The notes under the pieces: generated by a model
The model's input: only the letters and a program-made list of their open reading frames with translations
What the model was told of the DNA's origin: nothing
The model's database searches: none
Shown: positions 8,873 to 19,315 of the stretch, one piece after another
Layout: the number at the start of each line of letters is the position of its first letter
Numbering within the stretch: the first letter of the stretch is position 1
Assembly: GCA_031362565.1 (NCBI GenBank)
Contig: JANLSU010000020.1
Location: 1-59,164 of the forward strand
Length of the DNA stretch: 59,164 nucleotides
Direction: 5' to 3'
From: a bacterium
GTDB taxonomy: Bacteria > Krumholzibacteriota > Krumholzibacteriia > G020349025
Translations under genes and position numbers: made by a program

Positions 8873-10987
8873 CTACTTCCGCGTCGTCACCGTCGTTGCC
8901 GCCGGGTTCGCCGTCCCCGGGTACTTGTCGAACCAGCTCATGAGGTAAAGCTGCGTACGCATAAAGTTCGACGGCTTCGACCCCGTACCGTGATACTCGC
9001 CGTTGAAGCGCAGGAGGGCGGTCTGCACGCCGACTTGTTTCAACGCTTGGTAGTACTCCTCGGCTTGGCCGATGGGGGTGCGCAGATCGAGTTCTCCGCA
9101 CATGACGAGTGCCGGCGTACGCACGTTCTTGACGTACATGAGTGGTGAGTGGTCGAGCCACTTCTGGGGGTTCTCCCAGAACGGTGTGTGATACCGGTAA
9201 TAGCCCCACGACGTGACGTCGGTGTTGCCGGCGAAGCTGATCCAGTCGATGACCGGTGAACGCACGGCGGCGGCGGCGAAGCGCGTGTTGTGGCCGATAA
9301 TCCACGCCGACAACACGCCGCCGCCCGACACACCCGTCACGTACAAGCGGTTCGTGTCGACCGAACCGCGCGCCACCACGGCGTCCACTCCCGCCATGAG
9401 ATCGTCGTAGTCGACGCTCGGATACGAATCATCGATGGCGTTGCCGAAGGCGGTGCCGTAGCCAGTGCTGCCGCGCGGGTTCAAGTACAACACCTGATAG
9501 CCATTCGCGGCCAGATTCTGGAACGAGTAGTTGAAGCCGACGCCATACATCGCGTGCGGGCCGCCGTGAATATGCAGGATGAGCGGATATTTCTGGTGCG
9601 GATCGAATCCGGGCGGTTTCACAAGCCAGCCTTGCACCTGGGTGTTGCCGCTCGATTGGAACCACAGCTCTTCGACTTCGGCCACTTGCCGGCCGTTCAG
9701 GACATCGTCGTTGACGTGGGTGAGCTGCCGGACATCGCCGGCATGCGCCAAGCGCAACGTCACGACATCTTCAGGAGTGCGCGGTGCACTCCGCGTCCCG
9801 ACTGCAATGCCTCTGTCCGTGATCGACGTCAGGTTGAGAATCTGGGCCCCGGCCGTGACCGGGTGCACGCGGCCCCCCGACACCGAAGCCGCGTAGACGT
9901 TGCGGCTGCCGCGATCGTCGGCGGTGAAATAGAGGTTCTTGCCGTTCGCAGCCCATTGGAGCTGCGCCGGATCGCGGTCGAAGTCGCCGGAAATGCGCCG
10001 CATTCCCTTGCCATCGAAGCCGACGACCCACAGCTCGTCGGTTTTGTACGTTTGCGGTGTCCACTCGTAGCCTACAAAAGCAATGAGACGCCCATCCGGT
10101 GACGGCTGTGGCGCGACCCACGGGCCTTTGCGCGTCGTGATCTGGCGGATGTCGCGCGTCGCCACGTCGACGGCATACACATACGACTCGAGATACCGAG
10201 AATCGGCATCCTTTTCGCGCAAGCCGTCGAACACCAAGTGCCGGCCGTCCGGCATCCATTCGAGTCCGACATCGTCCGGGATGCCCGTCGGGCGCGCGCC
10301 GACATTCCACTCGCCTTCGGTCAACTGGCGCGGCGAACCACCGTCGGCCGGCACCGTGAACACGTGCACGAAGCCATCTTGCAAGAAGCCGGTGCGATCG
10401 GCGCGGTAGTGCATGCTCTCGACGACGCGTGGCGCCTTGGTCCAGGTCGCGCCTTCGGGCGGCGTCGGCATGTCGATCTTCCACTTGTCGGTCTTGGGCA
10501 CTCGCATCGTGAAGGCGAGCGTCCCGCCGTCAGGCGACCAGCGCAACGTGTGCGGCGCCTCGGTCAGATGTGTGAGCTGCGACGTGGCGCCGGCTCCATC
10601 CATCCAGTGCGCGAAGATTTGGCTGCCGGCTGGTTCGCCCTTGGCGAGATAGGCGATGCGTTTGCCGTCGGGCGACCAACGCGCGTCGCCGCCATCCACC
10701 AAGAAGCGGTTACGGCCACCGTTGGCGTCCATGATCCACACGGACGTTTCCCATTCATCCGCCAGTTTGTTCACCCAACGGCGCGTGTACAGGATCTGCG
10801 TGCCGTCCGGTGAGAGTTGCGGGTTGGCGACGCCTTCCCATTCGAGATAGGTGGCGACATCGAGCCGGTCGTTGACGTTCGCCGTGGCATCGGCAGTGGT
10901 GTTGCTGTCGGCGTCGCCGCGTGGCGCGCCGACGGCAACCGCGAACAACGCAACAACAGCCGGCGCGAGCAAGCGGTGGCGAGACAT
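8873..10987 (-). CDS. Secreted S9-family serine peptidase (dipeptidyl/acylaminoacyl peptidase-like) with beta-propeller
   Basis: Signal peptide; WSPDG-type repeats; IHGGPH; nucleophile GVSGG; catalytic D (GELDLR) and H (EYHG). Confidence 0.93.
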   Translation of the reverse strand: MSRHRLLAPAVVALFAVAVGAPRGDADSNTTADATANVNDRLDVATYLEWEGVANPQLSPDGTQILYTRRWVNKLADEWETSVWIMDANGGRNRFLVDGGDARWSPDGKRIAYLAKGEPAGSQIFAHWMDGAGATSQLTHLTEAPHTLRWSPDGGTLAFTMRVPKTDKWKIDMPTPPEGATWTKAPRVVESMHYRADRTGFLQDGFVHVFTVPADGGSPRQLTEGEWNVGARPTGIPDDVGLEWMPDGRHLVFDGLREKDADSRYLESYVYAVDVATRDIRQITTRKGPWVAPQPSPDGRLIAFVGYEWTPQTYKTDELWVVGFDGKGMRRISGDFDRDPAQLQWAANGKNLYFTADDRGSRNVYAASVSGGRVHPVTAGAQILNLTSITDRGIAVGTRSAPRTPEDVVTLRLAHAGDVRQLTHVNDDVLNGRQVAEVEELWFQSSGNTQVQGWLVKPPGFDPHQKYPLILHIHGGPHAMYGVGFNYSFQNLAANGYQVLYLNPRGSTGYGTAFGNAIDDSYPSVDYDDLMAGVDAVVARGSVDTNRLYVTGVSGGGVLSAWIIGHNTRFAAAAVRSPVIDWISFAGNTDVTSWGYYRYHTPFWENPQKWLDHSPLMYVKNVRTPALVMCGELDLRTPIGQAEEYYQALKQVGVQTALLRFNGEYHGTGSKPSNFMRTQLYLMSWFDKYPGTANPAATTVTTRK

Positions 10988-11075
10988 GAGTCCTCCCCTG
11001 CAAGGTGGCTTGAGCGCCGAGCGTACCCTCGAGTGCTCCGGCGCGTCAACGAGCGGCGTTTGCCGTGGTTCGCCT

Positions 11076-11108
11076 GGCGGCCGGCGGTGTCACAGGCCGC
11101 CGGCCGCC
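11076..11108 (-). terminator. Hairpin downstream of the HAF-repeat gene
   Basis: GGCGGCCGGCGG / CCGCCGGCCGCC 12-bp stem; no clear U-tract. Confidence 0.45.
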
Positions 11109-11123
11109 GAGGCCTCCACGCTC

Positions 11124-12785
11124 TCAACGCACGAGAATCACCCGCCGGCTCAGCAACACGCTGGCCGTCTGCAGTCGAATGAAGTACACGCCGGCCGGTG
11201 CACTGACGCCGCGGTCGTTGTGTCCATCCCATTGCTGCACGTGCTCGCCGGCCGCGACGCGGCGATCGAGCAGCGTGCACACCACGTGCCCGGCCACATC
11301 GTGCACGGTCAAGCGCACGTTCTGCGAGGTGGCAACCCGGTACGAGACCGCAGTCCCAATCCTGGCGGGGTTCGGAGCCGGGGCACCAAGCACGACGCGC
11401 AGCGACGACTCCACGGCGCGCTGTGCCGACACTAGGCCGAGCACGGCGCGTTCACCGGCACGGTCCACCACGTTCAACCGATAGAACCAGGTCTCACCGG
11501 CTGCAACGTCGGTGTCGAGCGCCCGCGAGGCGTGCGCGTCGGCGTCGATCGCCGGCGCGATCGATTGCCATGGCCCCTCGGCGGACGGCGCCCGCTCTAC
11601 GGTCACGGCCGCTGCATCGCTGCCGCTCGCGAACTGCCAGCGCAACTCGATGCCCGCTTCGCGACCAAGCGCCACAAATTCCTCGAGCGCCACCGGCACG
11701 GGGACCTGCGGCACCATGGCGTAACCACGCGTGTTGCCGTTGTGAATCCCGGTGCCGACGATAACGCCACTCTCGCTGATCCCGAGCGCCGACGAGGACG
11801 TGTTGGTGGACAGGTCCCAGCCGGATGCCGGCGGCAGCAGGTCGGCCAACCGGTAGGTCGAAGATCCGTCGAACAGAAATGGAATTGCGAAGGCGCTCGA
11901 AGCCGTTCCCACAACCCAGCCCAGTGAGTTGACGCCGCGCGCACTGCCCTGGCTCGTGCCCGCCGGCAACGGGACCGGCTGAATGCCGCCGCCCGAAGTC
12001 CAAATGAACGGCAGCCCGGAACCCTGATTCAGCATGCTCGAACCGACAATGTGGCCGGCGTTGCTGACATCGAACGCCAGCGCGCCGTTGAAGCCCGGCA
12101 GTGCGCCGACTTCGGATGCCGTATTGTTGGCGGAATCGTAGACGAAGCCGACGTTGCGCGCCGCGTTGGCAGGGTCGATGCCAAAGCCACAGACCAACCC
12201 TGCATCGTTGATTCCGAACGCCGTGCGCAGGAAGCAGCCGCCTGGGGTCAGAGTCGTGATGGTCGTTCCCGTGCCGCCCGAGTACATGCTGCCGATTTCG
12301 AGCGACCCCGCGTTCACCGACCCCACCGCGACATTCGAATTGTTGATATCGTTGGCGCGTCCCAGCGTTTGTCCAAGGGGCAGCGGCAACTGCGCGACCG
12401 TGCCGCCCTGCCAAACGAGCGGCAGCGGGCTCGAACCAAACGTCGTCGTCGCACCGGTGCCCGCCACCACTCCGGCATCATTCACGCCGTTGCCGACGCT
12501 GAAATTGCGGGCCGGCGATGCCAAGTTCGGCAAGCCCACCAGCCCGCCGCCTTCGGTCCACGTGAACGCCCGGGTGGGATTGCCGACCGACCGGCCGGTG
12601 GCGATGCCGTTGGACGACACCCGAAATCCCTGCGATGCGCCATCGGTTGGGCTCACCAGTCCAAGGTCATAGATCGCGTAGGTCGGCGGGGCGGCCCAAC
12701 TCGGGCTGGTCATGGTGAATTGGGTTGCAAGCGACGCCGCGCCGAGCGCGACGGCGAACCTGAGGGGCTGTATCGCATGCTTCAT
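11124..12785 (-). CDS. Secreted HAF-type extracellular repeat protein with C-terminal FlgD-Ig/T9SS-like domain
   Basis: Start re-set to ATG 12785 (CAGGAGG RBS; MKHAIQPLRF signal peptide). Repeats of A-x-G/D-I/V-N/S-x-x-G-x-V-V-G; C-terminus PNPAR...VHDVAGHVV...WDGHNDRG...GVYFIRL. Confidence 0.85.
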   Translation of the reverse strand: MKHAIQPLRFAVALGAASLATQFTMTSPSWAAPPTYAIYDLGLVSPTDGASQGFRVSSNGIATGRSVGNPTRAFTWTEGGGLVGLPNLASPARNFSVGNGVNDAGVVAGTGATTTFGSSPLPLVWQGGTVAQLPLPLGQTLGRANDINNSNVAVGSVNAGSLEIGSMYSGGTGTTITTLTPGGCFLRTAFGINDAGLVCGFGIDPANAARNVGFVYDSANNTASEVGALPGFNGALAFDVSNAGHIVGSSMLNQGSGLPFIWTSGGGIQPVPLPAGTSQGSARGVNSLGWVVGTASSAFAIPFLFDGSSTYRLADLLPPASGWDLSTNTSSSALGISESGVIVGTGIHNGNTRGYAMVPQVPVPVALEEFVALGREAGIELRWQFASGSDAAAVTVERAPSAEGPWQSIAPAIDADAHASRALDTDVAAGETWFYRLNVVDRAGERAVLGLVSAQRAVESSLRVVLGAPAPNPARIGTAVSYRVATSQNVRLTVHDVAGHVVCTLLDRRVAAGEHVQQWDGHNDRGVSAPAGVYFIRLQTASVLLSRRVILVR

Positions 12786-12903
12786 GTTGCCCTCCTGTGG
12801 TGAAGAGGCATTCGAGGTTGAACCTCGCGTGAAGGTGTCGACGAGCAGTCTCGAGTATGTGCCGGTCGCGCGGCGCGAGGAAAGGGGGGCGCGCGCACGC
12901 GCG

Positions 12904-15501
12904 TCAGGGGGCGTTCGGTAGCCCGAGGCGGAATTGCCGCAGCAAGATGTTGTCGGCGAGCGCGATGTGCCCCCCGAGCTGGAGACGGAATGGCTCGAAG
13001 CCGCAGAGCGCCCGCGAATAGGCGAGATCCGTGGGCAGATTCCGTCGCACGATGACGGCGGGTTGTTGATCGGCGGTGAAGGGATAGACGAAACCCCGTG
13101 TGGAGTCAGCCACCATCGCACACGTGTACCCGTACAGCCCCAGCCACACCGCCGGATCCGGACGCAACCGGTAGCCATCCAGGGGCTTCGACATGTTGTA
13201 GATCTCCACATTCGGCCGTCCGTGATCTGGATTGAAATTCGGATCGACGGGTTGGGCCCAATTCGGCGTGTCGGGTTCGAGCCGCAACGGCGCGCCCCAC
13301 AGTCCGACCCGGTCCTGCAGGGTGACGGTGTGCGCGTGCGGACTCGGCAGCAGACTCTCGGAGAGAGGCACGTTGTCGAGCCGTTCGCCGCGCGCGAGCG
13401 CACTCAACTGTGCGGGGCTCAGGTGCAGGGAGTGCGTGTGCCCGAGCACTTCGTCGGTCGTGTATGTAACCCCGGCCGGCGGCTGGTTGTTGACGTCCGC
13501 GGTTTGCACGAGGATGGCGTGCTCATGTTCAGCCCCGGTCGTGGTCATGAATTGCTGTTTCTCGGAGCCAGGCGGCGCCATGCGGCGGAAACCAGTGCAA
13601 AAGAATCCGGGGTCATCCCCACGCTGCACATTCGCGCGACCGCCGGCGCCCGCATCCACGACCTCGACGCCGAGCTTCCACAGCAGGCTTGGCACTCCCA
13701 CCGAGTCGGGATGGACATCCGGGTCCGTTGTGTTGTACCCCTTCCAGTTCGTCACATTGATGGGGTAAGGCCGCAGCGGCGCACTCTGGCCGAAGTCCCA
13801 GAGCACCTCGGTGGGTTGCTGGCCGCAGACCCACAGTTTGCCGCCGTTTTGGACATAGATATCCAGCGAGTTGAACGGCCTGACGGAGTTCAGGTGCCGC
13901 AGTACGAATGGATCAAAAAACACCGCCAGAGTTGCGAGAGCCGAGTTACTGCCGGTCTTGCGTTCCAGCCAAACGATATTTTTGTAATCGAACAACAGCG
14001 GGATAGGCGGTACTTGATTCATTTTCACCGCCACGTCGTACACGTCACGCGCGCTGTCGAAGTCGAATGGCCGGCGCCTTCGCAGCTCGTCGATGACCTG
14101 AGCCCAGCGAGTGTCCTCGTATGCCTCGTCGGGAGGTGAAAAGTGCACGGAGTCGTCTACCAGGAGCAGTTCGCGCCGGCGTGTCAGCGGGTTCACGACA
14201 AGCTCGATTACGGCGCGGGTGATCGACTCGGCGTTGTCGCGTGCTTCGACAAAAAAGCGCTGCGTCCCGTTGCTGTAGATGCGCACCGGCGCCGCGGTGC
14301 AGGTCGAGCACCAGTTTTGCTCCCACTCCTCGTCGTTCTGCGGATTGCGGATGTTCCAACCGTACCGGTACGAGACGATCTCACCGCCGTAGTCGGACGC
14401 GTCGCCGACCCATCGAAACTCGACCGGCTCACCCGTGGCAATGTCGACGACCACGGGACGGGACCCGGAGGCAAAGCTGTAGGTGCCCAAGAAGCGTTCC
14501 TTGACCCGCAGAATAGGGCCGATCTGGTCGTTTACAAAGACCTTGACCACGTTGTTCGGTGCCTCGTTCGTGCCATTTCCACCCGCGTCGAAGATGGGCG
14601 TCACCGCGCCCGCTTCATCCATGGCTTGCACCGCGAAAAGATAGAAACCGTGGCCGCGCCCATCGACGGGCTGCAGGTCGCGGACGATGGCACGCACCCC
14701 CGATTGGTCGGGGGCGTCCCAGCGGTGCCATTCGCTCCACGCGACGTTGGCGCCGTATAGCGCCTGCGGATAGTCGAGGTAATCGCTGGCGATGTTGCGC
14801 GACGGAACGACGGCCCAACGCGACGCGACCGGGGCAAGAACCGTCCCGTCACCGACCGGATCTTCTCCCGTCCAGCGGAAAATGACGGTGCGCGGCGCCT
14901 TGAAGTCGTTGCGCGCGGGATTGACCGGCGGGCTGATCCGGATCGTGGGTGCGAGCGTGGTGGAGTTGAACGAACGGTATTCCGGAACCGGATCAACCAG
15001 GCCGTAGTTATCGACCGCTCGCACGAAGAACGTGTGCCAGCGCTCGAAGTTGCGCGACCGGACAAAGGCATCGTGTTCTCCGATGTTACCGCCGGGCGGT
15101 GGTGCCGGGTCGACGCGCAGCGTGTCCGCTCTGGAAATGATCAGCGTGTCGTTGGCGGTGGTCGAGCTCCAGCGGGGGTCGTCCGCGGTTGGCATCGTGA
15201 CCACGACGCGGTGGGGGTCGTTGGGAAGCGCCGGCGCGATCGAATCCTGGATAGCCGGATGGTCGATGAGGATGAAGTCGAAGTGGTCGATCGCGCCGTC
15301 CGGGTCGGCGCCTGACCAGAAGAGGTGGACCTTGTAGTTGACGCCGGCGGCCGAATCCGGCGGCCCGCTCGCCAAGGTCGTAGCCGGCGGCAGGTTCGGA
15401 TGACGGCGCTCAACTCCCAGCGTGTTGTCGTTGCAGCTGGCTACGAGAGCCGCAACTACCGCTACCAACGCGAGACCGCACAGCCGCCGGCGCGAACGCA
15501 T
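12904..15501 (-). CDS. Large lipoprotein of unknown function (865 aa), paralogue A, with His-rich insertion
   Basis: Lipobox LVASC; repeated Ig/FN3-like segments (WSGADPDG, HTFFVRAVDN, YLFAVQAMDEAGA, FFVEARD); collinear with the neighbouring gene. Confidence 0.85.
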   Translation of the reverse strand: MRSRRRLCGLALVAVVAALVASCNDNTLGVERRHPNLPPATTLASGPPDSAAGVNYKVHLFWSGADPDGAIDHFDFILIDHPAIQDSIAPALPNDPHRVVVTMPTADDPRWSSTTANDTLIISRADTLRVDPAPPPGGNIGEHDAFVRSRNFERWHTFFVRAVDNYGLVDPVPEYRSFNSTTLAPTIRISPPVNPARNDFKAPRTVIFRWTGEDPVGDGTVLAPVASRWAVVPSRNIASDYLDYPQALYGANVAWSEWHRWDAPDQSGVRAIVRDLQPVDGRGHGFYLFAVQAMDEAGAVTPIFDAGGNGTNEAPNNVVKVFVNDQIGPILRVKERFLGTYSFASGSRPVVVDIATGEPVEFRWVGDASDYGGEIVSYRYGWNIRNPQNDEEWEQNWCSTCTAAPVRIYSNGTQRFFVEARDNAESITRAVIELVVNPLTRRRELLLVDDSVHFSPPDEAYEDTRWAQVIDELRRRRPFDFDSARDVYDVAVKMNQVPPIPLLFDYKNIVWLERKTGSNSALATLAVFFDPFVLRHLNSVRPFNSLDIYVQNGGKLWVCGQQPTEVLWDFGQSAPLRPYPINVTNWKGYNTTDPDVHPDSVGVPSLLWKLGVEVVDAGAGGRANVQRGDDPGFFCTGFRRMAPPGSEKQQFMTTTGAEHEHAILVQTADVNNQPPAGVTYTTDEVLGHTHSLHLSPAQLSALARGERLDNVPLSESLLPSPHAHTVTLQDRVGLWGAPLRLEPDTPNWAQPVDPNFNPDHGRPNVEIYNMSKPLDGYRLRPDPAVWLGLYGYTCAMVADSTRGFVYPFTADQQPAVIVRRNLPTDLAYSRALCGFEPFRLQLGGHIALADNILLRQFRLGLPNAP

Positions 15502-15540
15502 CGCCGCCCCTTCCTTCGGACATGAATTGCACGGACCAGG

Positions 15541-17889
15541 TTAGTGCGGCAGCGGATGTCGCACAAGCGGGGCGGGCGAATCCGGCAAACCGACTTTGAA
15601 CTGCTGCAGCAGAATGTCGTCGGCCAACGCCAGATGCGATTCAAAGCGCAGCCGGTTCGGCTCGAATCCACAGAGAGCACGGGAGTAGTACGGGTCGGTC
15701 GGGCGGTTCTTGCGGACGATAATGGCCGGCTGGCCGTCGGCAGTGCGCGGATAGACAACGCCATGCGCCGGATCGGCCGGCACCCCGCTTTCATATGTGT
15801 AGAGCGGCAGCCAGAGGCTCGGGTCGGGCTGCAGGGGTGGCACTTGCGAGGCGAGGAATGCCGGCATGTTGTAGATCTCGACAAAGGGCCGGCCCAAGAG
15901 CGGATTGGACCCTGGGTCGTTCGGCTGTGGCCACGTTGCCGGATCGGGCACGAGTCGCGTCACGGCGCTGCCGGGTAGCGGTGTTGTGCGTTGGAAGCCC
16001 AGACAGTAGTGCGCGATGCCGTCGCGCTCCGGCACCGTGCGCCCGCCGCTGCCGTTGTCGACGGCTTCAGCACCGAACCGCCACAGGAAGCTTGCGACGC
16101 CGGCGGAATCTTCCGCCGTGTGCGAGTCAATGTCATCGCTCCAATTCGTCACATTGAGCGGATACGGCCGCAACGGCGCCGCGCGCCCGAATCTCCACAG
16201 CACCTCCGTCGGCTGCTGGCCGGAAAGCCAAAATTTGCCGCCATTGTCGAGGAAGATACTCAGGTAGTTGGCCGGCGGCACACTATTCCGGTTCGCCTCA
16301 AGCGCCGAATCGAAAAACTCCGCCAGGTGCCCCAGTGCCGAGGAGGTCGAGGACTTGAATTCGATCCACACGATCGTCTTGTAGTCAAAGATGAGGTTCA
16401 CCGGCGGCAGGGCCTGTTGATGTTCGGCGACGTCGTACACGTCACGCGCGCGATCAAAGACGAACGGCCGGCGCTGGCGCAGCGAATCGATCACGGTCTG
16501 CCAACGATTGTCCTCGGCAATCTCTTCGGCGGTTTGGAAACGGATCCCGTCGTCGACGAGAAGGAGTTCGCGAGATTGAGCCATGGGGACGACGGTCAGC
16601 TCGATCACGGCGCTCGCGGTCAGCCCGAGTTCGTCGCGGGTTTCGAGATAGAACCTCTGCAGGCCCGACGTAAAGGCGCGCGTCGGCGCCGAACGGCAGG
16701 ACCTGCACCAACCCTGATCCCACTCCTCGTCGTTCTCCGGGTGCCGAATATTCCATCCATACCGGTATGCGCCGATGTCCGCGCCATAAGACGACGCATC
16801 ACCGCGCCAGCGGAAAGTGACGGGTTGGCCCGCTGCGACGATCAAGCCCACCGGGTGCGAGAGGGATGTGAACACGTAGCTGTTCAATGTCGGCTCGCTG
16901 ACGATCAAGAGCGGCGCTTGAAAGTCGACTACTTCCAGCAGCGCGACGTTGTTCCTCCCTGGCGTGTGCGCATCGAACACCGGCGTGACCGCGCCGGCTT
17001 CGTCCATCGCCTGAACGGCGAACAGGTAGTACCCGGATTCCATGCCGTCCACGGGTCGCAGGCCGCGCACCGCGGCGCGCACGCCCGATTGGTCAGTCGC
17101 GTCCCATCGGGTCCACCGGCTCCACGCCACGTTGGATTCGTACAGAGCCCGTGGGTAGTCGGGCCACGAGGTGATCACCTTGCGCGTCTCGACGAGCGCG
17201 TAACGGGATGCGACCGGTGCTGCGAACGTCCCATCGCCCACGGGATCGATTCCGTTCCAGTGAAACACGACCGCTCGGGGCACCAGGAAGCGTGACGCAC
17301 TGGGATCGACCGGCGGCAGGAGAAACACCTCCGGCGCCAGCGTCCGGGAATTGAACGAGCGATACGCCGGCGTCGGATCCGCGAGTCCCCTATTGTCCAC
17401 CGCGCGCAAGAAGAACGTGTGCCAGCGCTCGTGGCTCTGCATCCGTACGAACTGGTCGTGTTCGCTCACGTCGCCTCCGGGCGGCGGGGCCGGATCGACG
17501 CGCAACGTGTCGGCCCGCGAGACAATGGTCGTGTCGTTGACTGTCGTCGACGCCCAGCGCGGATCGTTCGCTTCGGGCACCGCCACGACGACCCGATTCG
17601 GATCATTCGGATCCGCCGGCGAGATCGAGTCGTCGATGGCGGGATGATCGAGCAGGATGAAGTCGTAGTGATCGACACTGCCGTCCGGATCGGCACCCGA
17701 CCACGACAGGTGGACGCGATAATTGGTGGCGGTCGTCGAATCCGGCGGTCCGCTCGTGAGGCTGGTCTCCGGCGGCCGGTTCGCGGCACGCTCCTTTGGC
17801 GCCATCTCCTTGCTGCAGCCGGCGAGAAAGGCCGCGCCGGCCAACAGGGACGCCGCCCCACAACAAATTCCGCCCCATCGATTGTCCAT
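15541..17889 (-). CDS. Large lipoprotein of unknown function (782 aa), paralogue B
   Basis: Lipobox LAGC; shares blocks with 12904-15501 (SGPPDS, SRADTLRVDPAPPPGG, YLFAVQAMDEAGAVTP, YSRALCGFEP). Confidence 0.87.
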   Translation of the reverse strand: MDNRWGGICCGAASLLAGAAFLAGCSKEMAPKERAANRPPETSLTSGPPDSTTATNYRVHLSWSGADPDGSVDHYDFILLDHPAIDDSISPADPNDPNRVVVAVPEANDPRWASTTVNDTTIVSRADTLRVDPAPPPGGDVSEHDQFVRMQSHERWHTFFLRAVDNRGLADPTPAYRSFNSRTLAPEVFLLPPVDPSASRFLVPRAVVFHWNGIDPVGDGTFAAPVASRYALVETRKVITSWPDYPRALYESNVAWSRWTRWDATDQSGVRAAVRGLRPVDGMESGYYLFAVQAMDEAGAVTPVFDAHTPGRNNVALLEVVDFQAPLLIVSEPTLNSYVFTSLSHPVGLIVAAGQPVTFRWRGDASSYGADIGAYRYGWNIRHPENDEEWDQGWCRSCRSAPTRAFTSGLQRFYLETRDELGLTASAVIELTVVPMAQSRELLLVDDGIRFQTAEEIAEDNRWQTVIDSLRQRRPFVFDRARDVYDVAEHQQALPPVNLIFDYKTIVWIEFKSSTSSALGHLAEFFDSALEANRNSVPPANYLSIFLDNGGKFWLSGQQPTEVLWRFGRAAPLRPYPLNVTNWSDDIDSHTAEDSAGVASFLWRFGAEAVDNGSGGRTVPERDGIAHYCLGFQRTTPLPGSAVTRLVPDPATWPQPNDPGSNPLLGRPFVEIYNMPAFLASQVPPLQPDPSLWLPLYTYESGVPADPAHGVVYPRTADGQPAIIVRKNRPTDPYYSRALCGFEPNRLRFESHLALADDILLQQFKVGLPDSPAPLVRHPLPH

Positions 17890-17942
17890 GAGTGGAAGGT
17901 AGGCTCGCGCCCCGCCGGCCGCAAGCCGCGGGCACTGTTTTT

Positions 17943-19283
17943 TCAGGCTTTCACGTCGACGTGGAATTTCTTGCGCAGGTCGGCGATGTAGGTGCGGTAG
18001 TGGGATTCCAGCTCGCGTTGTTCGAGCCAGCGGCGCAAGTTGTCCTTCACGTCGTCGAACGACGCGGTGCGGGCTGCGTTGCGCGCCACCACCTTGAACA
18101 AGTGAAAGCCCTGGCTGCTGCGGACGACGCGCGTCACGCCGCCCACCGCCACGGAGTCGAGCGCGGCGCGGAACTCCGGCAACAACTCCGTGGAGTTGAG
18201 CTCCTGATCCACCAGGCCGCCTTTGTCGCGCGTGTTGGGATCATCGGACTCGGCGCGGGCGATTTCCTCGAAGCTCTCGCCCTTCAAGATGCGGCCGCGC
18301 AGCGCGATCGCTTTTTCCAGCGACCGCACTTGGTCGTCTTCGGTCACCTCGAGCTTGACCACGATGTGGCGGGCTGTCATCTCGTCGCCGTTGCGGCTCT
18401 CGAGTTTGACGATCTGCAAGCCGTACCGCGTCGTGAAGATGTCGCTGATCTGGCCGGGTTCGAGTTTTTGCACCGCGTCATCGAACGCCGCGCTCTCGAA
18501 ATCGCCATAGTGGAACGTGCCAAGGTAGCCGCCCGATTCCTTCGTCGGCCACTCGGACTCCTGTGCCGCCACTTTGGCGAAGTCCTCGCCGGCTTGGACC
18601 CGCTGCTTCGCCGCATCCAACTTGGCGCGCGCCGCGGCGATCTTCTTGGGATCGGCCTGGGTCGCCACCAACAAGTGTTCGAGTTTGAGCTTTTCGGGCA
18701 ATGCCACCAGTTCGGCGGGAATCGAGTCGCGATTCGTTTCCCAGGCTTGCTTGACCATCGCGTCGGTGACGTTGACTTGCTTGCGAATCTCCGCTTGCAC
18801 GACGCGGCCGGCCAGGAGCTGCTTGCGCTTCTGCTCTTTGTGCATGTCGCGGACTTCGGCCTCGGTGAGGCCCTGCTTTTGCAGTTCGGCGCGGTATTGT
18901 TCCTCGCCGCCCAGGCGCTCCTTGATGGCGCGCACCGTCTCGTCGACGGCTTCGCGCAATTCGTCGTCACCGACTTCGAAACCCTTGGCCTTGGCCTGCA
19001 CGACCAGCAGTTGGTCGTTGATCATGTCGTTCAACACGGTCGTGTAGAGCTGCTTTTGTTGGTCCGCGGAGAGGTCGCCGAGATTGCGCTGCATGCGCAC
19101 CAGATTCATCTCTTGCAGGACTTCGGAGAGCAGGATGGGCTCGTCGTCGACGAGTGCCACGATGCGGTCGACGAGCTGGCGCTCGGCACGCGCGGGGCGC
19201 GGCTGAAAAGCCACCGCGGTGACCCCCACGAGCGCCAGCACCGCTCCGAGATGCATTACGTCACGGCGCGCGAGTCGAATCAT
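17943..19283 (-). CDS. surA: SurA-like periplasmic chaperone / parvulin PPIase
   Basis: Start re-set to ATG 19283 (CCAGGAGG RBS). Signal peptide, VDRIVALVDDEPILLSE N-domain, two PpiC domains (HLLV...GEDFAKVA...GGYLG; ARHIVV...FEEIARAESDD...GG). Confidence 0.88.
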   Translation of the reverse strand: MIRLARRDVMHLGAVLALVGVTAVAFQPRPARAERQLVDRIVALVDDEPILLSEVLQEMNLVRMQRNLGDLSADQQKQLYTTVLNDMINDQLLVVQAKAKGFEVGDDELREAVDETVRAIKERLGGEEQYRAELQKQGLTEAEVRDMHKEQKRKQLLAGRVVQAEIRKQVNVTDAMVKQAWETNRDSIPAELVALPEKLKLEHLLVATQADPKKIAAARAKLDAAKQRVQAGEDFAKVAAQESEWPTKESGGYLGTFHYGDFESAAFDDAVQKLEPGQISDIFTTRYGLQIVKLESRNGDEMTARHIVVKLEVTEDDQVRSLEKAIALRGRILKGESFEEIARAESDDPNTRDKGGLVDQELNSTELLPEFRAALDSVAVGGVTRVVRSSQGFHLFKVVARNAARTASFDDVKDNLRRWLEQRELESHYRTYIADLRKKFHVDVKA

Positions 19284-19315
19284 CGGCGATCGCCTCCTGG
19301 AACGCTGCTGAAGAA

